Of a stretch of DNA of 64,000 nucleotides, positions 36,146 to 50,019 are shown one piece after another. The stretch is from Salpingoeca rosetta (lineage: Eukaryota; Protista; Choanoflagellata), in NCBI GenBank assembly GCA_033442325.1, contig JAWQFM010000005.1, positions 2,273,772-2,337,771 of the forward strand, given 5' to 3'. Position 1 is the first letter of the stretch, and every line of letters begins with the position of its first letter. A program made the translations under genes and the position numbers. The notes under the pieces were generated by a model. That model was not told where the DNA came from. It did no database searches and saw only the letters and a program-made list of their open reading frames with translations.

Positions 36146-36285
36146 TCACGCGCACACGCCGTCATCCATGTCGGTGTATTGGAAGTTCATGTCAGCAGGA
36201 AGCGGCGGGACCTCTGGCGCTCTCGTTGGAATGTCCAGCCCGTGCAGGTTGAGCAGGTGCAGCCGAAGCTCAATCCTGTGTTGTG

Positions 36286-36320
<35 letters not shown>

Positions 36321-37648
36321 GTGTGTGTGTGTGTGTGTGTATGCGTGTGTGGTGAATAACGGGTGTGCGGAGGCGAGAAGTGGCAAGAAAAGGCAAGAAG
36401 ATGTAGGAGGAGGTTCCAAAGAAGACACATTTGGTGGCGAGCAAGCCAGTGTCGCACGGCATGCAACGGACTTTGCCAGGCGTCTGATTTCGGAGAGGGA
36501 TGAGGCCTCTTGCATGTCCTGACCAACGAGTGCACGGATCCCATCCAACCACACGGCAGTCTGATGGAAGTGATTGTGTTGGGTGTTGTGGTAAGCATGA
36601 TGTTGACGTTCTGTTGTTGTTGATGTTGGTATTCGTGTTGGTATTGACGGCAAAGGTCGTGTTGAAGGCAACCAGTCAAAGCTGGATCTGTGTGCAGTAT
36701 CAACACCGCACTACAAGGGGGAACACCATCACTTGCTGATGTGCACTGCAGCTCCACTGCACTGACCGTGGTTGCATTTGCGCCGACCATCTCAAGCGCC
36801 TCCTCCATATCCGACGCCAGAATCGCAAACGCGTTGTCAACATCCTCAACCTGAACACGTGTGCGCGAGACAACCACAATGCGGTGTGCGTGTGCGTGTG
36901 TGCGTGTACGTGAATGTGTTTGTATGGGTTTGTGTGCGGGCGTGCAAATGCATGTGTGTGACTGAAAAAAAAAAATCAGCGTTTGTATGCAAGTGCTCGT
37001 GCATGATCAACATGGAACGCCACGCTGACATCAGCACACTGCGCGCCATCACCTTCTTCTTCCCAGCAATGGACGGTACATCGCTGCCAACATAGATGAC
37101 TTTGATCTCAGAGGTGTCGCCTGCAGCAGGTGGCAGCAACGTGGATTAGTTTCGGGTGAAGGGGAGAGCAGTGCGATAACGCAGGCATACATGCACACGT
37201 GCACACTTGCATGCGAGTGAAACTGCATCACACCCATACATGCATGTCACGACGTACACGTCAACAACAGAATTGCACAATTGTGCATTACAACCGCCAA
37301 CCCCGCTCCTGGCTCCAATTAACCCTGAACCTCCCTCCCCTTCTCTTGTTGCGACTGACATTTGTGTGGGAGGTCGTGAAGTGTGGGCACGCTGGCAACG
37401 TCGCGGTCAACGGGGTCGCCCCAGTGGAGCGTCTTGTGGTTTGGAGCCAGCATCACGTAGAACCGACTTGCTGCTCGCAGTGAGACAAGTCATGGGAGGT
37501 GAGGGTGGTGGTGGGGAGGAAGGCTATGTGATATCGTCAGTGGCTACACCATGAACAGACGCACACAAGCACATGCAATCTGGTGCATGCACGCCCTCAC
37601 AACCACATAACCCCACAACCTCATGTACACATACACACATACACATGT

Positions 37649-37681
<33 letters not shown>

Positions 37682-38821
37682 CGCACACACGCACACACGC
37701 ACACACGCATACACACAACGCATGCATGACGCTCGGGCCGTGACTGTGTGCGCACCTTTTGCCTTCTTTGCGCGGCCGACAACACCGAACCACGCCCCCT
37801 GCACCATCTGGGCGAGCCGCTGCTGGCACACGAGATCCGTCATGTCGCGCGTTAACCGATCGTAGAGACCGGACACAATTTCCGACTGCAACAACTTCTC
37901 CTCCGCTGTCAGGATTTCGTTCTTCTGCTCCTCCAGCATCTCTTGGAACGACTGCTGCAGCATGCAGTTCTGTACGCAGACGCACATTGTTGTTGTTGGT
38001 GGGTGGGGGTGGGGTTGGGGGGTTAACACATGTACACGGACACAACATATGAGTGCGACAGATGGACGCAGCGGGTGCTGTTCTTGCAGCGCCAGCCCTC
38101 ATTATCCACCACGCTACCTCTCACACCATCCACAACACGGCCATGCACTCTACACCACGTATGACATCCCCCATGCACCACCATCAAGTTCTGCACCACA
38201 GCATCGCGGCTTCGGCTCACCTTGAAGTCGTCCATGTTTGTCGGTGCAGATGTGCGCGGGAGCTCAAACACGCGCTGGATTTGCTTACGCACCATCGCCA
38301 GCACCTGCACGGGGGGGGGGAGGTCGAGGGAAGGGATGGCGGGGACAGAGACAAGGGCAGATGAGAAGGGGCACATGGACAGAGCAAACAACCCACGCAC
38401 ACACGCGCACGCGCATACACGCATACACACACTCACACACACACACCTTTGGTTTGTCGGTGACTTTTGCCTCCATCTCCTTCCATGTGCGAAGTCCAAG
38501 CTGCATGCACGCCAGGAACATCTGCAGCGGCAGTGGTGTTGGCGATGAGGGAGAGGAGGAGATGTGTAAGATAGGGGGGAGGAACAACACGGTGGTATGA
38601 GGGAGACAGCAGGGTACAATCAGCGTGGCGGTGGTTGGATGTACGCATGAGAGCAGGTACGGCTTAAGGGCTGACCTCGAAGAAGGCATTTCGGGAGGAG
38701 TAGAGGATGGGCAGATACTCAACGCCGTCGTTCGTCACTGCAGTGGCGACAGCAAGGCAGCCACGACGATGCACAGAAACGTTGGGATGATGAACGCGTC
38801 ACACACGCGCTCGACACATTG

Positions 38822-38852
<31 letters not shown>

Positions 38853-39954
38853 ACATACTCGCACACACACGCACACACACACACGCACACACATTCACAT
38901 TCACACACGCACACATACACACATTCACACACATACACATTCACACACTGACGTACATTCATCCTCGGCGTGCAGGACCTGTAGGAGAACAGCAAGCATT
39001 GACTTTGCCATCCCGACAAACGGGCATGTGTACAGCGCAGGCCGCGAGATCTGGTCTGCAGCAAGCTTCGTGTAGCTCTGGCGGTGGCGGTGGTGTTACG
39101 TATATTGCGTGTTGAGAGGGACGAGGGTGCATCGGTGATGAGGGTGCGAGGAGAACAACAAAGACGAAGTGATGGCGATGACCAGCACTGCCGACGCTAC
39201 AAACACCGACACCGACACAACACGAGCGCGACGATAATAAGCGTGCAGCCACATGTCTGCTTACGTCCTCGCTGTTGCGAACCCAATACGTGAGCGCATC
39301 GAGCGTCAGCATCCCTGGCGCCTCCCTGAACTCCGTCTCCGGGTTGGCCGGGTCCTGCCGCAGTGGCGTGGAAGAAGGGGCCGGGTTTGAGTGATGTGGC
39401 ATGTAGTGTGATGTGGCATGTGATGTGGCATGTGGTGCAATGTTGCGTGGTGTAGACGGGCATTGATGAGAATATCCTGTTGTGAATGAATTGAGGCAGC
39501 ATGTTCGAATGCATGTGCGTGTGCATGTGCGTGTGTGTGTGATGTGCGTGTGTGTGTGATGTGCGTGTGTGTGTGTGATGTGCGTGTGCGTGATGTGATG
39601 TGATGTGATGTGATGTGATGTGATGTGCGTGTGTATGCGTCCTCCCTGGATCACCGCACCTGGAAACCAAGCAGCCGAAATTTGTCCACATCTGTAGAGC
39701 ACTCCGTTCCGTCTGCTCACATTTGAGCGCGTGCGTGTGCGTGTGCGTGTGCGTGTGCGCGTGCATGCGAACGGTGGTGACGTGAGCGCAGGCGAGGATG
39801 GTGTCAAATGAAGCTAAAGCTCAACTCAAAGGGTTTGTATGAACAGGGCTTGTAGTGTGTGTCTGTGTGTTTGGTGGCTAACTTTTCCGACCTGTTGTTT
39901 CGCTGAGCGTGGGAAGACACTGCACGAGTGCCTGCAAATTCGCCTTTGCCTCCT

Positions 39955-40005
<51 letters not shown>

Positions 40006-40736
40006 CACACACAGAGAGAGAGAAAGACACAGACATACAACATTGGGAACTGATGAGCGCAAGTGCGTTGAAAGAGAGTTGTGCATTCCCTCAGCTTCAT
40101 CACCTCCCACGTTCATCACTTCTCAACACGACCATCACCACAGTGCGCACCTGGTCGGCCCAGTCAAATTCTGCGTACGAGCGCTGCACGAGGCGACGCA
40201 GCCACAACTTCTGGAACACATCTGCACACACACACATGGAGGCAAGTATGGGTGGGCATGCATGTGCCGTGTGAATGCATGATCGACTGCACGCAGGCAT
40301 GTCATTGTGTGTGTGTGTGTGCATGCATGTGCGTGTGTGTATGTACACGCACAGAGCTGGTGTGCATATTCGGGCGGGACGGGCTTTTGGGAGAAATCGC
40401 GTGATCCCAATGCGCGGAACACGTTGCGCTCCTCCAATGTCCGGAACAGCGACTGGCAGTGGTGTGGTGAGATGTGGTGGTGTGTGGTGTGAACGTGTCG
40501 ATAGTTGTGAACGTGTTCATGTGTGGAAATGTTCGTGTGTCAATGTGCGTTGTCATGTGTGCAAGGACGGTGTGCCAGCGTGAACGTGGCAGCACACGAT
40601 TGCGCAACACAAGCAGGTGTGTTCTGCCTGCACCTCTGCCTCCTTCTCGCGGGCGGGGTCGCCGGCGTGCGCTTGAATGAGCGCATTGAGCAGTGCAAGA
40701 CCAGACTCCTGCGTCTGGAAGTCGAACCTGCAGACA

Positions 40737-40767
<31 letters not shown>

Positions 40768-42343
40768 GCCCAAGGTTTGATGTAGGTGAGAAGTGGTGGC
40801 AAATGCCATTGAAGACGTCAATATCATACATTGAGCAGCATGCACAAAGCGAATATCCATTTCTGGCTCCATTTCCTTTGTCTCCTCCACACACCACAGC
40901 CAACCCCCCCCCCCCACGGCTCGTACGTACTGCTTGATAAACTCGATGATGCGGGTGATGCTGATCATCGACTCCACCACTCTTCGCGCTGGCGATGCGC
41001 GTGGGGAGAGAAGTTGGAGACAGACAGAGAGGCATAGAGACAGACGGACGGACGGATGGACGGACGGACAGACAGACAGACAGAAAGGGAAGTAACCGTG
41101 AGGAGCATGTCAACATAGACACCAAAGGCCTGCGAGCAGCAAGGCCCAACACAATTCCCACTACGATCCCAACACGAACACACGAAGCAGCAAGATACCC
41201 CCAAATACACCTTGCCACCCCAATGTGGCGGTGGGCGCACCTTCCGGGACGCGGAGTTCATATGCGGCAAGGAGCTGCAGCGACGTGTGGATGACAAACC
41301 CGCTCTCCGCTTTGGTGTCGGCAATCATCTGGTGTGGCACGCGAGCACGAGCAGCAACGAAGATGAGCACGGGTGTACGCGCGAGCACGAAAGCGAACCA
41401 CGGGTTGAGTAATGAGTGCGCCGGTGATGTTTTGAGAAAGGTTACTGGAGGGAGCAGCGCAAGCAGGGAAGAACGGCACGCAAGCGGTGATGGGTGCGGA
41501 TGTGTTGGTGCCATCGACGCCAACGACAGCAGCGTCGGCGACGTTACCTCGGAGAGAAGGGTTGGGTTCTTCTTGTGCAGGTCGCGGAGATCGACCAAGT
41601 CGTGGCGCACAATGTTCACCAGCGCCTGCAGGGAGTAGCCGAGAGGGGAGTGAAGGCCTGCACCCCTGAACATGGTCACGGCTTCAAGCACAAGCGGCAA
41701 GCCTGCGACACGCACACACACACGCACACACACACATGATCCAGGCGTCAGGAAGAGTCGCATGAGGTGCGTTTGCTGGCCAGTGTGCGTCTGCGCTCGA
41801 GGCTGAAGAGGAACATCACCAACCAACATAATAAACAAGCGCAAACACTCACATGTACGCACAAATAAGCAAGCCCACAAACACACACTCACACAAGCAC
41901 ACACACACACTCACACAAGCAAACATACACTCACAAGCAAACACACTCACACACACAGGCGTACCGCCTTGGGTAACAAATTCCTTGGCCACGGTCTTGT
42001 CGTGGGTTTCCTTCTTGATGTTCTTGATGGCTTGCTCCTTCTCGGAAGGGTTGCTTGAGCGCATTTGCCTGAGTAGCTGGGCGGTGAGGCCCTGCGCGGT
42101 CATGGCCAGCTGCAACACAATGCCGTCCTTGAGGACCTCGTTGCAGTTCTCCGGGGTGACATACTGGTTGGTCTCGACGATACGCAGCGAGAAGTGCGCT
42201 TCGTCGTCCACCTTGAAGTGCTGGCACAGCGCGTGCACGATTTCCTGCAGCGTTTGTCCCCTTTGCACCTCCAGCAGCTTGGGCATGGCGTTTGGGGTGT
42301 CGGGCAAGACACACCCGATCTTCACGTTGTGGTTCATGGACAT
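36146..42343 (-). CDS. ELMO: Engulfment and cell motility protein (ELMO/CED-12); multi-exon
   Basis: N-terminus NVKIGCVLP...PKLLEVQRGQTLQEIVHALCQHF...YVTPENCNEVLKDGIVLQL. ELMO domain DKFRLLGFQDPANPETEFREAPGMLTLDALTYW, YTCPFVGM, RTWKEMEAKVTD. C-terminal IELRLHLLNLHGLDIPTRAPEVPPLPADMNF (Pro-rich DOCK-binding tail). Confidence 0.93.
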
Positions 42344-42653
42344 GGCGACACCTCACGTTCGGTCGCTTGTTTTCTGGTGTTGTGCACGCACACACACACA
42401 TACACAGGGACAGACACAAGCTGGTGTTGTTGCAACAACACACAAGCGGTCGCAGTGGGTCAAAGCGAGCGAGCGAGGGGGGAACAGCCGCGTTCCAGAT
42501 ACAGTGACACGGTAGCTGGGCGTTGTGGTGGTTGGCTGGTGTTGTGGTTTGTGGTTGTCTTCTTCTTCTGCCTGTTGATGAGTTGTGGTGCAATTTGCAA
42601 CACGGGGCGTGAGCGCAATTTGCAAAACAGTTGGCCGTTGAGCAGCAGCGAAG

Positions 42654-43142
42654 ATGGCAGAGGAAGCAGGGAAGCACGGCAGCGGTGGCAGCGAGCACAG
42701 GCACAGGGCGCAGGCGTTTGTGAAGGCGTTCAACCACGCTCTAAGCAAGACCATCGAAGCAGCAAGGTGCGGTGTGGAGTGGGATGGGATGGGGAGTGGA
42801 GTGAAGTGAAGGGGAGTGGATGGGAGTTGTGTTTGTGTGTGCTTGTGTGTGCTTGTGTGTGCTTGTGTGTGTGTGTGTGTTTTGTGTGTGGGTTTTGTGT
42901 TGCAAACGCTTTAGTGTGCATGTGTGTGTGCAGTTGCAGTATGTGTTCGTGCTATGTGTACATGCACTGATCATTGGCGCTGATGCATCTTGCATGACGC
43001 TGTCTTATGTTTGCTGTAGTTGGAGCACGGTGACGGCACAGTTTTCGGAACTGATCCCCGCAGAGTCTGCAGCATATCTTGGCGACTTGTACACACAATT
43101 CCTCAGCAACGTTGAGTCCAGCTCTCAGGTAAGCGCCTTGTT

Positions 43143-43206
<64 letters not shown>

Positions 43207-43708
43207 CATCTGAGCGGTGTTGCCCAATGATTGAATCTTCCTGTTTNNNNNNNNNNNNNNNNNNNNNNNNNNNNNNNNNNNNNNNNNNNNNNNNNNNNNN
43301 NNNNNNNNNNNNNNNNNNNNNNNNNNNNNNNNNNNNNNNNNNNNNNNNNNNNNNNNNNNNNNNNNNNNNNNNNNNNNNNNNNNNNNNNNNNNNNNNNNNN
43401 NNNNNNNNNNNNNNNNNNNNNNNNNNNNNNNNNNNNNNNNNNNNNNNNNNNNNNNNNNNNNNNNNNNNNNNNNNNNNNNNNNNNNNNNNNNNNNNNNNNN
43501 NNNNNNNNNNNNNNNNNNNNNNNNNNNNNNNNNNNNNNNNNNNNNNNNNNNNNNNNNNNNNNNNNNNNNNNNNNNNNNNNNNNNNNNNNNNNNNNNNNNN
43601 NNNNNNNNNNNNNNNNNNNNNNNNNNNNNNNNNNNNNNNNNNNNNNNNNNNNNNNNNNNNNNNNNNNNNACACTACACACACACACACACACACACACTA
43701 CTACACTA

Positions 43709-43744
<36 letters not shown>

Positions 43745-44151
43745 ACACACTTACACACACACACTTACACACTTACACACACACGCACGCACGCACACAT
43801 TGTGTAGGCGCTGTACAAGCGCGGGGGATGTGGCTGATGCAACGCACACGGCGGCGAAAGCAGAGCTTGAGAGCAGGTTGCAAGGGACGCTGGGAGCGCT
43901 GCGCGAACGAAATGCACAGCTTGAAGCTGAGATTGCACGGCTGAAACAAGAACAAAAGCATAACCAACAGTCACAACCACAGGCAGAGCAAGCAGACACC
44001 CTAACACAGGCTGGACCGTTCAGCAAGAAACTTGCTCAGGTACGGGCCTGGGTAACAGCATTCACCCGTGTTCATCTCGACGAGTCGTCGTTTTGCTCGC
44101 TGGCAACCATGACCGCATGCACTTTCCCCTCTATCACACCTGCACACATAC

Positions 44152-44189
<38 letters not shown>

Positions 44190-44369
44190 TCTCTCTCTCT
44201 CACTTTCCTCACACACACACCTCACACTTTTCTCTCACACACACACACGCACACACGCACACACACACCCTGTCCGCCTGTGTGCTTGCAGGTGGCAAGG
44301 GTGGCTGATGCCGAGGCCTCCCCGGCGAGACAAGAGGAATTGGAAGTGTTCTTGGGACAGCTCAAGTGA
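42654..44369 (+). CDS. Kinetochore MIS12-complex subunit Nnf1/PMF1-like; an exon is probably hidden in the gap
   Basis: Exons 42654-42766, 43020-43128, (gap), ~43809-44039, 44292-44369: RAQAFVKAFNHALSKTIEAASWSTVTAQFSELIPAESAAYLGDLYTQFLSNVESSSQ...AELESRLQGTLGALRERNAQLEAEIARL, matching the recalled Nnf1 pattern. Confidence 0.65.
43247..43670. other. Assembly gap (424 N)
   Basis: Run of N in the sequence. Confidence 0.99.
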
Positions 44370-45712
44370 TTTAGTGATACCAACGCTGCTGCATGTTACA
44401 TTACAGCAACCCTTGCGTGTCCCTTTGCATTGCACCTTCCCATCTTTTTTTTTCTTTTTCACTTGAGAACCGTGTGCGTCATGCCTCCTTCACTCTTGTC
44501 TCTCGTCCCCCCTCCCCTCCTTTCTCTTCATTCCTCTTTTTCTAGCCGATCTCTGACTGTGAGGAAAAACGGATGTCAGGTGCCCTTGCACTCTGGTGTT
44601 GCTCCCTCCTATCCCCCCTTCAATGTCCTCACGTCGCACTCTGATGTAACACGTTCTTCTCTTTCCTCTTCTCGCTCGTATTGACCGTTGCTGTGCTTGT
44701 TGAATGTTACTGCCTGCCGAGTGCTGCCTCTTTGTACACACACATACACAATCGAGCACTGGAGATGTTTGCAAACCGCACAGCGTGCACATATTGCCTT
44801 GTGTGTCCTTTTGTACGAATGGACACTGGTGACCTTAAGACCTTATCACAATCCAACAAAAAACAAAAAACACACACGCACACACGCACACACACACTCA
44901 CACACACACTCACACACATACGCATGCACCCACCTTCCTTTATGCACACTCATCCACTGTCATCTCCAACCCTCCGAGTTGTTTCTCCTCCACAAACCAG
45001 AAACCAGAAAACCATTTCAGTCATCATCCCTTCTGCCAGCATCACAAGCAGCTGTCACATTGTCACATCACGCCACTGCTTGATGACTCAGGTCCAGGTT
45101 GTTGCGCGCGTCTTCTTCGCGTCTTCTTCGCGCCTCCAACGAAAAACATCCATGTCACAGCTGTGTCTGCTCGTCGAAATCTGGCGAACATTTCCACAGA
45201 TTATCCACACGGATGCCAAGCGAAAAAAAAAGAAGAAAAGAAAAGAAGGCAGGTATGCGTGTGCGGGTGCAACCCCTCCTCGCTTGCTTGCTCCTTGCGT
45301 GACTGTGATGTGTGTGTGTGACTGCGCCATCTGTGCTGCTGGTGGCTTGACATACGCACACCGACCAGCCTCAAGCACACACAAACAAAAGCAAACAAGC
45401 AACACTCCACATGAGGGAAAACTTGCATGATTGGCGAGGTTGTTATGACATAGGGGAGGGCGGGGCCTGTGTCGTGTCACACACTCACACAGACAACAAC
45501 CGGCGGCTGTGGCCGTGTAATGGCACAGTCGTGTGGTACCATTGCCACTCACTCACTCATCCTTGGTCAAAGAGGCAACGGGCGCCTCTTCCGCACCGAG
45601 TTTGTCATGATGATGGTGATGTGAGCCTCCACGCTTTCTTCTCACCCTACAACCAACATGACACCGCCACCTGCACCATGCCCGAACTGCCTGTTCTGTG
45701 CTACCACACAGG

Positions 45713-46455
45713 ATGAGCAACGTGCTTGCGGGAGAAGGCGCCAGGGGGCGGATGTTGCTGAAGAAGGAGGAATTGCTGGCCTCGTCGCCACCGCCGCTGG
45801 CGCCAATTCCAAGACGAATTATAATCAGCAACGGCAAACCTCGCTCCAACGGCGTCAAGGGCGACGCTGCTGGTGATGGTAGCAATTGCTGTGGTGCCAG
45901 CAGCGGCAGCAACAGCAACAACAACACCGGAAGCACGAAACGCAGCAACGGCAACGGTGATAGCGATGACAGCGCTGACGACGACGATGATGATGAAGGT
46001 GATGATGGCAGAGAGACGCCAACATTCGTGGCATCAAAAAGGGAGCAGCACAGGGGCCAGCACCACAACGGGCATGACAATGACAGCAGGGAAAGGAGCG
46101 AGCAGATGATTTCCGATTCAGACGACAGCGCCGACGCAATAAAGTCGGAACCCGATGAGGTGGACGAGGCATCCTCACCAGCCGACGACAACGAGGAGTC
46201 GCTGGAGGCACAGGCTGCCGCTGCACTGTGCGCCCTGAAGCACGCCTGCCCCGTTGGTGTTCCAACGCAGCAGCGCCCCGTGTCGTCAAGGGCAACTTCA
46301 GCAAGGAGAACACAGGGACTGCAGCCACAACTACAGCAACAACCACAACCGCAACCACAACTACAGCAGCAGCAGCAGCAACTGCCACAGCACCACGTCC
46401 AGCCACGGCAACAACAGCCGCAGCCTCAGCCACACCAACAACAACTACAACAGCT

Positions 46456-46488
<33 letters not shown>

Positions 46489-47314
46489 CCTGCCACAGCA
46501 CCACGTCCAGCCACGGCAACAACAGCCGCAGCAACAGCAACTACAACAATTCCCCCAACAACAGCAACAACAACTACAACAGCTACAGCAGCAGCAGCAG
46601 CAACAGCAAGCGTGGTCTGTGCCGTTGCCGTTGTTTCCACAGCAGGCCAACTTCCCGGCCCACCCGGGCATTGCGCCATCGCCGTCTGTATGGCCTTACG
46701 CTCCAAACACCACCACTATGCTGGCGCACCCTGGTATGGCAAGCATGGGCACAGCTGCACCGTCGCTACGGCAGCACTGGCCCGTGCCGACAGCGGCTGT
46801 GTTCCCCGTGCGAACGACGGCGCCACCGCCAACGCACGTGCCCGAACCGGAACCACACAACACCCAGACGGGCAGCCTGCTGTCGACGGATGAGGAGCGG
46901 CTATCGAAGCTGCTCAACAAGCGCAAGCGGTCCGGCACGCTGTGCAAGATGCAGCCGCAGGAAGTGCTGAAGCTTGTCGCCGTTGATATGGGGCGTGCGG
47001 TGGTACAGCGCCAGAAGAATGTGCGCACGGGGCCCAAGTGCGACTTTTACTTCCGCTTGGGCGCGCTGGACGTGGACAAGCCGACGTTCAAGGTGATCAA
47101 GGCGGCGCTGATGGAGCTCAAGCGCAGCGACAAGCACACGCTGGCGCAGCGGTATGTGGACGAGCGACGCAAGCTGCAGAACCAGCGGTCCCAGGCGAAG
47201 AAGCGGTCACAGGTGCATCAGGACATGCACCACTGCAAGCAGCGCAACGCCGTCCTGCGCAAGAAGCTTGATGACGCAAATCGTGTGCTCAGCGCCCTCT
47301 CCCACCTCTTGTGA
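45713..47314 (+). CDS. Q-rich protein with C-terminal atypical bZIP-like domain (putative transcription factor)
   Basis: Single long ORF with poly-Q. The C-terminal DERRKLQNQRSQAKKR has N-x7-R basic-region spacing, followed by heptads (NAVLRKKLDDANRVL). A CAG acceptor just upstream of the ATG suggests a possible upstream exon (donor at 45253). Confidence 0.65.
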
Positions 47315-47372
47315 CCTGCGTTTTTGTGTTTGCTTGTCTCTGTGTGTGTGTCTGTCTGTGTGTGTGTGTCTG

Positions 47373-47403
<31 letters not shown>

Positions 47404-48096
47404 GTCGATGTGTGCGTCGGTGTGCAGTGGTGTGTGTTGCTTGTGTGCACGAGCGTGTGCGAACGCTTGTGCTGTTGGCTTCAGAACCCATGCTGCCCGC
47501 ATGTGCGGCTGCTTCTCTTTGCTTCTTTCCTTAGACGACCTGTCCATTGTTCCCCACTTTCCCGTGTTCATTCATTGCGTTGCAATGCTTCAATTGTTCA
47601 TCTTCCGTGTCAACACAAAGACACAAACACACACACGCACACAAACGCACACACACACACACGCACGCGCACGCGCACACACACACACACACAAACACAT
47701 CTTTCTCCATCTTGCTGACACTCCTCTGTTGTTGTTCACAAATACACAAGAGGGCCTGCGATTCATTCGTCAGTTCACGCAGCTTCGCAAGCCAGCCACA
47801 CACTCACCAAGTAAGCGACAACAGCTCGTAACCCTCACGTCAATCCATCCACCAAGCGAGTCAGGACCTTCAAGGCCTTCAAGGCCACGTGTTTTGGTTT
47901 TGCGCCATCGCGCACTGTCACGGCAAAACCACCACAACAACAACACAATGCACGCAAGTGAGTGCTGAGCGCCTGGGGCGAGAGTGCGTCGTCATTTATT
48001 CCCTTGAGTGTGATCCGACGAGATAGCCAACAAGAAGAGCGAGCCAAAGCCGAGACTAAGCAGGGAAGAGAAGACAAGACAACAAGCCCGACCAAG

Positions 48097-48435
48097 ATGG
48101 CTGCGGTTGGAGTTGGAATGGCGCTGATGGCGGCAATCGCCGTCTTGACACTGGCGGTGGGAAGCAGGACATGTGCTGCTTCTTCCGCATCGGCAGCAGG
48201 AGCACCACCCGCATCGTGCAACAGCACTACGTTGCGGGCGACGTTCGGACCACTCCCGCCGTTCCTGACCTTCACTTCCTGTGAGGACGTGGATGCCAAC
48301 GCCACGTGCACCGTGGGTTGTGATGGAACGCAGCGCTACACGGGCACGGCCGCAACCCTGCGCTGCGAGAACAACGGCACCGCCTTCTTCTCTGGACAGC
48401 TCCCCATCTGCCACCGTAAGTCCACCTGAAGCTGG

Positions 48436-48514
<79 letters not shown>

Positions 48515-48814
48515 AGCGTGTCCGAGACTGTGCTTGGATGTGCAAAGGTGTGCGTGAAGCTGTGCACTTTGTTGTGCGCGAGCTCATTTCATTTCATTCT
48601 GGATTGCTTGTAACCAGCGCCCTGCGTGTCTTCAAGCGAGGACGTCGATGACAGCGTGGCTGCCAAATGCAGTGAAGTTGCTGTGGGCGACTCCTGTGTC
48701 TGGGAATGCACGCGCGGGTACCAGGGCGACAGCGTGCTCCGCGTGTGCGTCGCGGCAAACCACACCGCATCTTCTTTTACGGGACAACTCCCCACCTGCG
48801 ACCGTAAGAGAGTG

Positions 48815-48887
<73 letters not shown>

Positions 48888-48937
48888 GTGTGTGTGTGTG
48901 TGCGGTGTGTGTGTGTCTGCGGTGTGTGTGTGTGTGC

Positions 48938-49026
<89 letters not shown>

Positions 49027-49415
49027 AAACTGATGGCAATATGTTTCCCTGCATGCTCACGCTGATGGATGCGGGACTTTCGGATCAATGTCATGACGCT
49101 GCACACAACACACGCGTCATGCAACATGCACTGCCTCATCGACGTTCACGCCTCCTCCCTTTCCCCTCGCCCCATTCCTTCACTCCATCACCAGCGGTGC
49201 CGTGCTTTCTGTCCGTGGACATGCAGGGCGAGGCGTACAACCTGGCGGACTGCGCCATCGGGCAGCACCATGGCGACATCTGCACGGCAAGCTGCGCGAC
49301 CGGCTATGCTGGCCAGGCCACCACCTTTATCTGCGATGATGGTTCCTTTGTCGGCCGCATGCCTTCCTGCACACGTGAGCACAAGAGATTAAGCGACTGT
49401 GTCGATGTGCAGATG

Positions 49416-49459
<44 letters not shown>

Positions 49460-49944
49460 CGTGTGGATGTTTGGGTGTGAGCAATGAGTGAGTGAGTGAC
49501 TTTGCGTGATCGTGAGGGACTGCGAGAAGTTGAATAGGTGCGTGAGTTATGCTCAGTTGCAGACATGCATTCCATCAGCGAATAGCCCGTGTAAGTGGAG
49601 CGAGTGGCTCACCTTTATCGTCATTGTACCTCTGGTGTACTTGCACTGCCCCTCCCCTCTCCGTCCCCTCTCTTTCCCTGCGCCTGTGTACAGTGAAGCG
49701 GCCACGCATGACAACGGATGCTGGCTCCGTGTTGCTGGGCGTGTACGATGAGCAGGCTGTCAACATTGCCTACTTCACAGACGACAACACCCCAAACGCC
49801 AAGTGGGTCAATGTAGATGCAGTTACTCTTTGCCGCAACCTGCACAAGCCGTCGCTCTCTCTCTCTCTTTCTCTCTTGTCGTACATTGCACGACGTGCGT
49901 TACATGACGTGCACACCCACCTACTCACTCACACTCACACACAC

Positions 49945-50019
<75 letters not shown>

